Of a stretch of DNA of 64,000 nt, positions 57,324-64,000 are shown piece by piece. Origin of the DNA: an uncultured Collinsella sp. (GTDB lineage Bacteria; Actinomycetota; Coriobacteriia; Coriobacteriales; Coriobacteriaceae); NCBI GenBank assembly GCA_900541715.1, contig UQLI01000001.1, forward strand, positions 92,321 through 156,320, in the 5' to 3' direction. The notes below the pieces were generated by a model, which was given only the letters and a program-made list of their open reading frames with translations, ran no database searches and had not been told where the DNA came from. Both the position numbers and the translations under genes were made by a program. How positions within the stretch are numbered: the stretch's first letter is position 1; the number at the start of each line of letters is the position of its first letter.

Positions 57324-58154
57324 TTAATACTGCCACATGTGGTTGACGGGGCCGGAGCCTTTGCCCATGTCAAAGCCGGCGGCCAGAGCGCCGGTTAGGT
57401 AGGCCTTGCCGGCGTTGACGGCGTCGGCAAGATCCATGCCCTGAGCCAGCGCGCAGGCGATGGCGGACGAGAGCGTGCATCCGGTGCCGTGCGTGTTGTC
57501 GGTCTCGATGCGCTTGTGGCGGAACCACGTGGTGAGTGGATCTCCCAGATGGTTGCCCTCGTCATCGAGTGGCGCGGGTTCGGCCAGTACATCGTTGGCC
57601 TCGTTGACAAGATGCCCACCCTTAACGAGGGATGCGCAACCAAAGCGGCGGGTGAGGAGCATGGCAGCATTTTGCTGCGTGCGCTCGGAGTCGACCTCAT
57701 AGTCGAGCAGTGCCATGGCCTCGGGAATATTGGGCGTGATAACCGTCGCTAGCGGGAACAGGCGGCGGGTGAGCGCCTCGGCGGCATCTTCGGCAATCAG
57801 CCGCGCGCCCGAGGTGGCGACCATGACGGGGTCGACGACCACGTTCGTTGCGTTCCAGGCGCTCAAGCGGTCGGCGATGACTTCGATAATCTCGACAGAA
57901 GAAACCATGCCGATCTTGACGGCGCTGGGGCGGATATCGTCAAAAACGGCGTCAATTTGCGCGGCTACGATATCTGGCGAGATATCCTGCACGGCGGTAA
58001 CGCCCAGGGTGTTTTGCGCTGTGATGGCGGTGATGGCCGTCTCGGCATACAGGCGGTGCGCCGTGATGGTCTTGATGTCGGCCTGAATGCCGGCGCCACC
58101 GCTGGAATCGGATCCCGCGATGGACAGGACGGCAGGTACCTTACTACGATCCAT
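57324..58154 (-). CDS. thiD: Hydroxymethylpyrimidine/phosphomethylpyrimidine kinase
   Basis: 276 aa. SIAGSDSSGGAGIQADIKT N-terminus and the NTHGTGCTLSSAIA motif. Confidence 0.92.
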   Translation of the reverse strand: MDRSKVPAVLSIAGSDSSGGAGIQADIKTITAHRLYAETAITAITAQNTLGVTAVQDISPDIVAAQIDAVFDDIRPSAVKIGMVSSVEIIEVIADRLSAWNATNVVVDPVMVATSGARLIAEDAAEALTRRLFPLATVITPNIPEAMALLDYEVDSERTQQNAAMLLTRRFGCASLVKGGHLVNEANDVLAEPAPLDDEGNHLGDPLTTWFRHKRIETDNTHGTGCTLSSAIACALAQGMDLADAVNAGKAYLTGALAAGFDMGKGSGPVNHMWQY

Positions 58155-58336
58155 GTTCGCTCCCTTGTTCGGTCGGAATCAAATGGGTCTTTAAGCCAGC
58201 ATTATAAAGATGCCCGGGCCGACTCTATGTCGAACCCGGGCGGGCGATGCAATCTTTACGCAAATGTAAGCAAATGTTCACACGTCAACAATTGAGGGGC
58301 GCCGGCTCGCCGCTAGAAGCGATCGCAGCGAGGAGT

Positions 58337-59671
58337 CTAGTCCTCCATGCCAAGGTCGATCGTCGTGCCCTCGAATACCTTGTTGACGGTGCGGACGGCG
58401 CACATCTTGCCACACATGGTGCAAGTGCCCTCGGTGGCGGCAGGGGACTCCTCGTAGCGCTTCTTGCCGGTGACGGGATCGAGGGCGCACTTCCACATGG
58501 CGTCCCAGTCGAGCTTGCGGCGTGCCTGGCCCATCTTGTCGTCCAGATCGCGGGCGTGCGGCACCTTCTTGGCGATATCGGCGGCGTGTGCGGCGATCTT
58601 GGTGGCCATGAGGCCATCGAGCACGTCCTGGGCGTTGGGCAGGCACAGGTGCTCAGCGGGTGTCACGTAGCACAGGAAGTCGGCGCCGGAGCTCGCCGAG
58701 ATGGCGCCACCGATGGCGGCGGTGATGTGGTCGTAGCCCACGCCGATATCGGTCACCAGCGGCCCCAGCACATAGAACGGCGCATTATGGCACAGGCGCT
58801 TCTGCAGCTTCATGTTGGCGGCGATCTCGTCGAGCGCCATGTGACCCGGTCCCTCGACCATAACCTGGACGCCGGCGGCCCAAGCGCGCTTGCACAGCTT
58901 GCCCAGCTCGATCATCTCGGCGGTCTCGGTGGCATCGTTTGAGTCGTAGAGACAGCCCGGGCGGCAGGAATCGCCGAGCGAGATCGTCACGTCGTACTCG
59001 TGGCAGATCTCGAGCACCTCGTCGTAGAACTCGTAGAAGGGGTTTTCGTTGCCGGTGACTTCCATCCAGCCAAACAGCAGCGAGCCGCCGCGGCTGACGA
59101 TGTTCATGAGGCGGCCGGTCTCCTTAAAGGTCTTGATGACCGACTTGTTGATGCCGCAGTGGATGGTCATGAAGTCCACGCCGTCCTCGGCGTGCGCGCG
59201 AACGACCTCGAGCAGGTCGTCCTTGGTGAGCTTGACCAGCGGCTTTTCCATGTAGCCGATGGCGTCGTACATGGGGACGGTGCCCACCATAAGCGGCGTC
59301 TCGTCGATGAGCTGCTGGCGGAACTGGCGCGTCTTGCCCGAGTTGGAGAGGTCCATGATGGCGTCGGCGCCAAAGTCCTCGGCAATCTTGACCTTCTTCC
59401 ATTCCTCGGCGGCATCGGCCTTGTCGCCCGAGATGCCCAAGTTCACGTTGACCTTGGTGGACAGGCCCTCGCCGACACCAAAGGCGCGCATGCCTTTTTT
59501 GATGTGCACGATGTTGGCGGGAATGGCGATGCGGCCGTCTGCCACGCGCTCGCGGATGTACTCGGGGTCGCGATGCTCGCGCTCGGCGACCTCTTTCATC
59601 TGAGGTGTGATCTGCCCAGCGCGGGCGAAGTCGATTTGCGTGACGAGCTTGGGCTCGGTCTGTGTGCTCAT
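58337..59671 (-). CDS. thiC: Phosphomethylpyrimidine synthase
   Basis: About 444 aa from MSTQTEPK. The C-terminal radical-SAM cluster motif CTMCGKMC is present. The upstream track start at 59695 lies inside the riboswitch. Confidence 0.95.
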   Translation of the reverse strand: MSTQTEPKLVTQIDFARAGQITPQMKEVAEREHRDPEYIRERVADGRIAIPANIVHIKKGMRAFGVGEGLSTKVNVNLGISGDKADAAEEWKKVKIAEDFGADAIMDLSNSGKTRQFRQQLIDETPLMVGTVPMYDAIGYMEKPLVKLTKDDLLEVVRAHAEDGVDFMTIHCGINKSVIKTFKETGRLMNIVSRGGSLLFGWMEVTGNENPFYEFYDEVLEICHEYDVTISLGDSCRPGCLYDSNDATETAEMIELGKLCKRAWAAGVQVMVEGPGHMALDEIAANMKLQKRLCHNAPFYVLGPLVTDIGVGYDHITAAIGGAISASSGADFLCYVTPAEHLCLPNAQDVLDGLMATKIAAHAADIAKKVPHARDLDDKMGQARRKLDWDAMWKCALDPVTGKKRYEESPAATEGTCTMCGKMCAVRTVNKVFEGTTIDLGMED

Positions 59672-59675
59672 TGGC

Positions 59676-59771
59676 ACGGCTCCCTTCGTTGGCATTACCC
59701 ATATCAGGTTTGCGGGTCAGGGCGGGCGCGCCCAGTCTCAGCCTGCCGTCTTGTCCTGCAAGCTCCCCGTT
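59676..59771 (-). promoter_or_regulatory. TPP (THI-box) riboswitch
   Basis: The minus-strand RNA reads ACGGGGAGC...GGCUGAGA...CUGACCCGCAAACCUGAUAUGGGUAAUGCCAACGAAGGGAGCCGU. The CUGAGA and ACCUGAU..GGNUAAUGCC.ACG core and the P1 helix ACGG/CCGU are present. The GAAGGGA SD sits in its 3' part, 9 nt before the thiC ATG. Confidence 0.85.
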
Positions 59772-59842
59772 TATGTGGTGGGCTCAAGTATAGCTCGAAT
59801 GGGTACGATTGACGCGATGAGCATGCCCGTGGGGAGGCGAAC

Positions 59843-60364
59843 ATGGAAGACAAGCATCTATATCGAGAGATGCAATGGGACGTATCGGCCGAGGAGGGCC
59901 GTGCGCACCATGGCCTTGTCGCGATTGGTTTTGCGATCCTTGTCGTGATGGTGATTGCCTGTTGTATCTGGACGTTTGGTGGTCGCGGCGGCGCTGCATG
60001 GGAGTTCGAGGCTGATGATAGCTTACCGATTATGACGGTGAGGAGTACTGGCGGTAATGCCAATACGCTCGCCATTCCGGGCGATTATTGGTACCCGCGC
60101 GATGAGTTTGTGCAGTTGCAGCTGAGTGGTGGGTCCATTCCGGGCGAAGAAATCGAACGCGTGACGTTTGACGCGGCGCTCAAAACGCTGACGGTGAAGC
60201 TCAAAGATCAAGGAGATGTGCCCACGACCATGGACATTGCGCTGACGGAATGGCGCTTGGAGCCCCCGGCGGGCGCTGCGGTATCCGAGGTGGAGCACGT
60301 TAAGATTACCTACCAAGATGGCTCGACGAGCGAGATTGCAAAGGCCGATGGCTTGGCGGAGTAA
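59843..60364 (+). CDS. Hypothetical single-pass membrane protein
   Basis: 173 aa. One TM helix (LVAIGFAILVVMVIACCIW) followed by a beta-rich extracytoplasmic domain. No motif recognised. Confidence 0.5.
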   Translation: MEDKHLYREMQWDVSAEEGRAHHGLVAIGFAILVVMVIACCIWTFGGRGGAAWEFEADDSLPIMTVRSTGGNANTLAIPGDYWYPRDEFVQLQLSGGSIPGEEIERVTFDAALKTLTVKLKDQGDVPTTMDIALTEWRLEPPAGAAVSEVEHVKITYQDGSTSEIAKADGLAE

Positions 60365-60387
60365 CGAGGTGTTTGGAAACGGCGGGT

Positions 60388-61197
60388 CTATTGTGCCTGC
60401 GCGTTCATGAAAACCAGGGTGTTTTTGTCTGAAAGCTCGGGGATGTGTCGATAGCCGATGTTGAATGCGGTAAGTTCGCTTGCATCCTCGAGCTTGTTTT
60501 CTGCCATCCACCGCGCCATGGAGCCGCGCGCCTTTTTGCTGGCGGTCGACCGTTGGATGGGCTTCCCGTTGCGGATACCCTCGCCAAAGAGGCATGTGAC
60601 GGCCGTGGCGTCGCCCGCGAGGTGGGGCAGAACGGCTTTGGCATACTCTACGCTGGCGAGGTTGACGATCGTGGTGTTTGAGCCTGCCGGGGCGATAGCC
60701 CGCGCGAGCTTGTCGCTCCAAAACGCGTAGAGGTCTCGGGCATCGTCAACGGCGAGCTTCGCGCCCATCTCCAGCCGATACGGTTCGACGGCATGAAAGG
60801 GACGAACGCACCCGTAGAGGCCGGAGAGGATCCACAGATGGTCTTGCAGCCATGCGAGCTGCGCGGAATCCATCACCTCGGGTGCCATGCTCTGGTATTG
60901 AATGCCGTGATAGGACATGACGGCAGGGGAGAGGTGGCGAGCGAGTGCGGGATTGTCGAGATCGCCGCTTTTCAGGATGGGCCCGAACTCATGCAGGGTG
61001 TTGAGGCAAGGCCCCAGCAGTTTGTCACTCACGTTCCACAGCGCCTGCAGGCCGCCGCTGCCTTCATTCCGCTCGATATCTAGCAGTGCGCGGTGGAGGC
61101 GAGCCGTCTCGCGCACAAAGGGTGGGATGCCCAGGACTTCAAAAGCATCTTGGGCCGCGCGCATCTGCTTGGCGGGCGAAATGATGACCTGCAGCAT
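60388..61197 (-). CDS. yaaA: YaaA/UPF0246 (DUF328) peroxide-stress protein
   Basis: About 269 aa from MLQVIISPAKQM, the hallmark N-terminus of the family. Confidence 0.87.
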   Translation of the reverse strand: MLQVIISPAKQMRAAQDAFEVLGIPPFVRETARLHRALLDIERNEGSGGLQALWNVSDKLLGPCLNTLHEFGPILKSGDLDNPALARHLSPAVMSYHGIQYQSMAPEVMDSAQLAWLQDHLWILSGLYGCVRPFHAVEPYRLEMGAKLAVDDARDLYAFWSDKLARAIAPAGSNTTIVNLASVEYAKAVLPHLAGDATAVTCLFGEGIRNGKPIQRSTASKKARGSMARWMAENKLEDASELTAFNIGYRHIPELSDKNTLVFMNAQAQ

Positions 61198-61213
61198 GAA
61201 CTCTCCTCTGCCA

Positions 61214-61286
61214 AAAAAAGTTGCGGTGGAATACGGTCTGTTTTGGCCGTTTATGGGCCAGTTTAGTCCGTATTTCACCGCAACTG
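61214..61286 (-). terminator. Intrinsic terminator of the aminopeptidase gene
   Basis: 17-bp stem (61221-61237 / 61270-61286, one mismatch), followed on the minus strand by a T7 run (A-run 61214-61220 on the plus strand). Confidence 0.65.
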
Positions 61287-61298
61287 ATGAAGGGTTGG

Positions 61299-62696
61299 TT
61301 AGGCTCGCTCGATGAAGGCCTTGTAGCCGCGGTAGGCCTCGTAGATATCGGCCTTGTTGGCGACCTCCCACAGGGCGTGCATGGACAGGACGGCAACGCC
61401 GGAGTCGATGACGTTCATGCCATACTTGGCCATGATGTAGGCAATGGTGCCGCCGCCGCCCGCGTTGACGCGACCGAGCTCACAGGTCTGGAAGTCCACG
61501 CCGGCCTCGTCCATGATGTCGCGGACGAGGGCCACGTACTCGGCATCGGCGTCGTTGGAGCCGCCCTTGCCGCGGCTGCCCGTGTACTTGTTAAAGCACA
61601 GGCCGCGACCCATAAAGGCCGCGTTCTTGGTCTCGAACTTGCCGGCATAGCCCGGGTCGAAGCCGGCGGACACGTCGGAGGAGAGCATGCGGCTGCGGGC
61701 GAGTGCGCGGCGCAGGGCCAGCGGGCTATCCTCGCCGGCGAGCGTCATGATCTCGGCGACGGTGTTCTCGAAGAAGCGGCTCGTCATACCGGTGGCACCC
61801 ACGGAGCCGATCTCCTCCTTGTCGACGATGAGCGTGATGCTCGTGCGCTCCACGTTGGCGACGTCGATCTGGGCGAGCATGGAGGGGTAGGCGCAGACGC
61901 GATCGTCGTGGCCATAGCCCAAAATCATGGAGCGGTCGAGGCCCATGTCGCGGGCGGGGCCGGCGGGCACGACCTCGATCTCGGCGGAGAGGAAGTCCTC
62001 CTCCTCGACGTCGTACTGCTCCTTGAGGATGTCCAGGAACATCTGCTTGACGGGCTCCTTGGGGGCGTCCTTGTCGTCCCCATCGAACTTGACGGGACGA
62101 CCGCCCACGATCACGTCGAGGATCTCGGCATCGACGGCGTCCTTGGCAGGCTTGGACATCTGCTCGCTCGAGAGGTGGATCAGCAGGTCGGAGATGGTAA
62201 AGACCGGGTCGTCCGCCTTGTCGCCGATATTGATGTCGACGGTGGTACCGTCCTTTTTGCAGATGACGCCCACGAGTGCGAGCGGGGAGGCTACCCAGTG
62301 GTAGCTCTTGACGCCGCCGTAGTAGTGCGTGTCGAGGTAGGCCATGTCGCCGGCCTCGAAGGCGGGATTCTGCTTAAGGTCCAGGCGCGGCGAGTCCACG
62401 TGGGCGCCCAGGATGTTAAAGCCCTGCTCGAGCGGGGCGGTGCCCAGGTTGACGAGCATAAGGTCCTTGCCGTGGTTGGCGGCGTACACCTTGTCGCCTG
62501 CCTTGAGCTCGCGGCCCTCGGCGATCACGGTCTCCAGGTCGACGTATCCCGCCTCCTCGGCCATCTTAATGCCGGTCTTGACGCACAGGCGCTCGGTCTT
62601 GTTCTCGCTCAAAAACTGCTTATAGCCGCGGCAAAGCTCCTCGAGCTCCTCGACTTGCTGTGGCGTGTACTTTTTCCATGCGCAGGGACGCTCCAT
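61299..62696 (-). CDS. M18-family aminopeptidase
   Basis: About 465 aa from MERPCAWKK (AAAGGAG RBS 7 nt upstream). GAHVDSPRLDLKQNP, DKEEIGS and GGGGTIA motifs. The 661-aa track ORF runs on into the antisense of polA. Confidence 0.87.
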   Translation of the reverse strand: MERPCAWKKYTPQQVEELEELCRGYKQFLSENKTERLCVKTGIKMAEEAGYVDLETVIAEGRELKAGDKVYAANHGKDLMLVNLGTAPLEQGFNILGAHVDSPRLDLKQNPAFEAGDMAYLDTHYYGGVKSYHWVASPLALVGVICKKDGTTVDINIGDKADDPVFTISDLLIHLSSEQMSKPAKDAVDAEILDVIVGGRPVKFDGDDKDAPKEPVKQMFLDILKEQYDVEEEDFLSAEIEVVPAGPARDMGLDRSMILGYGHDDRVCAYPSMLAQIDVANVERTSITLIVDKEEIGSVGATGMTSRFFENTVAEIMTLAGEDSPLALRRALARSRMLSSDVSAGFDPGYAGKFETKNAAFMGRGLCFNKYTGSRGKGGSNDADAEYVALVRDIMDEAGVDFQTCELGRVNAGGGGTIAYIMAKYGMNVIDSGVAVLSMHALWEVANKADIYEAYRGYKAFIERA

Positions 62697-62862
62697 GACG
62701 CAGGCTCCTTTCGGATCGATCGTGCTGGTTGATGTACCGTGAGCCATCGTATCACGCGCGGGCCCGCGGCGGCAGGGAAGCCTGATGTGCGGTGGCCGCG
62801 GGGCGGGGAGCGTGTAAACTGGTGTGAGCAAACCGTGCCCAGCCCAAAGCGAGGTATTCAAT

Positions 62863-64000
62863 ATGTCTGACAAGCGCCGCACCTTTGCCGTTATCGACGG
62901 CAACTCGCTCATGCACCGCGCCTTCCACGCCGTGCCGCCCACCATGAATGCGCCGGACGGCCGCCCCACCAACGCGATCTTCGGCTTTCTGAACATGTTT
63001 CTCAAGATGATCGATGCCTTTAACCCCGACGGTGTGGTCGTGGCGTTTGACAAGGGCAAACCGCGCGTGCGCATGGAGATGCTGCCGCAGTATAAGGCGC
63101 AACGCCCGCCCATGGACCCCGATCTGCATGCGCAGTTTCCGATGATCAAGGAGCTGCTCACCGCGCTCAACGTGCCGATTCTGCAGTCCGAGGGCTGGGA
63201 AGGCGACGATATCCTGGGAACCATGGCGCGCCTGGGTGAAGAGGCCGGCTGCGACATGCTGCTGGTGACCGGCGACCGCGACATGTATCAACTCGTGACC
63301 GAGCACGTCAACGTGGTCTCGACCCGCAAGGGCCTGTCCGACGTGGCGATCATGACGCCCGAGAGCGTGGACGACCTGTATCACGGCATTACGCCGGCGC
63401 TCGTGCCCGATTTTTACGGTCTAAAGGGCGATACGTCGGACAACATTCCCGGCGTACCGGGCATCGGCCCCAAAAAGGCGAGCGCGCTCATCGCACAGTA
63501 CGGCAGCTTGGACGAGGTCATCGCGCATGCCGACGAGGTCAAGGGCAAGATGGGCGAGAACCTGCGTGCGCACATCGACGATGCGCTGCTGAGCCGCAAG
63601 GTCGCAACCATTCGCACCGATGCGCCCGTCGAGCTCGACTTTGACGAAACGTCCTTCCCGGCGTTTTCTGCCGACGAAGTGTCCGCGGCGCTGGGCACAC
63701 TTGGTATCACCGCCATGCAGAACCGTTTCTTGGCGCTGGTCGGCGGCGAGGGCGGGGCTGCTGCTGCCTCCAGTGTGGTTGAGATACCTGCTATGGTTCG
63801 CGCAGCCGCCGGCGATGCCGACGCGCTTGGTGCCGTTGCGGCTGAGGTCTCCCGCGCGATTGATGCCGGCGAGTGGGTCGCCGCCGTGGTGGACGACGAC
63901 AAGGAAGAGGGCGCGCTCTTTGGACTGACGCGCACGCTGTGGTTGGCGACGTCCAAGGGCCTGTTCGCGCTCGAGGAGGGCGACAGCTGTGCGGCGGCTG
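62863..64000 (+). CDS. polA: DNA polymerase I, N-terminal part (3' end outside the window)
   Basis: Absent from the ORF track because it has no stop in the window. My own translation gives MSDKRRTFAVIDGNSLMHRAFHA...GDRDMYQL...GLKGDTSDNIPGVPGIGPKKA (5'-3' exonuclease domain), and the frame stays open to nt 64000. Confidence 0.92.
   Translation, partial: MSDKRRTFAVIDGNSLMHRAFHAVPPTMNAPDGRPTNAIFGFLNMFLKMIDAFNPDGVVVAFDKGKPRVRMEMLPQYKAQRPPMDPDLHAQFPMIKELLTALNVPILQSEGWEGDDILGTMARLGEEAGCDMLLVTGDRDMYQLVTEHVNVVSTRKGLSDVAIMTPESVDDLYHGITPALVPDFYGLKGDTSDNIPGVPGIGPKKASALIAQYGSLDEVIAHADEVKGKMGENLRAHIDDALLSRKVATIRTDAPVELDFDETSFPAFSADEVSAALGTLGITAMQNRFLALVGGEGGAAAASSVVEIPAMVRAAAGDADALGAVAAEVSRAIDAGEWVAAVVDDDKEEGALFGLTRTLWLATSKGLFALEEGDSCAAA

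Noticed and set aside
59672-59695. Longest-ORF start (ATG 59695) for thiC
   Set aside because: That AUG lies inside the conserved AAUGCC segment of the TPP aptamer. The AUG at 59671 has the SD at the correct distance.
62697-63284. N-terminal 195 codons of the 661-aa minus-strand ORF (61299-63284)
   Set aside because: This part is antisense to the polA 5' region. The aminopeptidase homology begins at MERPCAWKK, where an AAAGGAG RBS is correctly spaced.

Overview
High-GC, Gram-positive (actinobacterial-type) chromosomal segment. Gene content and order (no ftsA, SepF/DivIVA present, anaerobic ack/pta and arginine deiminase genes) suggest a Coriobacteriia-like anaerobe, but that is only a guess without a database search. 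The window is mostly core housekeeping. Left to right: MFS transporter fragment; two tandem acetate kinase paralogs convergent with pta; glf plus a GT2 glycosyltransferase; a minus-strand block (ppk1, rlmD-like, DJ-1, maf, S58 peptidase); an arginine deiminase locus with two nucleotide-identical arcA copies around an aminotransferase, then arcB and a YfcC-type carrier; UPF0371; a small wHTH protein; pyrG; xerD; a full dcw cluster (mraZ rsmH ftsL ftsI murF mraY murD ftsW murG murC murB ftsQ ftsZ pgeF); pstSCAB-phoU placed between pgeF and yggS-sepF-yggT-divIVA; nitroreductase; pit plus DUF47; BI-1; a TIGR02452/microbial-PARG-like macrodomain protein; SGNH hydrolase; thiD and thiC with a TPP riboswitch; yaaA; M18 aminopeptidase; and the 5' part of polA. 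I found no rRNA, tRNA, CRISPR array, IS/transposase, prophage or recognisable defence system. The points most worth a second look are: (1) the exact 1,267-bp arcA direct repeat with diverged AT-rich upstream regions and near-saturated GC3; (2) two oppositely oriented copies of a structured ~110-120-nt element with compensatory base-pair changes; (3) a CTTTAC-type direct repeat at 11-bp spacing upstream of all three phosphate loci; (4) yggT lacking a canonical start codon and lying in frame with sepF; (5) a GTGGG/G-run array just upstream of the mraZ promoter. I did not find a clearly novel multi-gene system. All calls come from reading the sequence and the translations. No searches were run.
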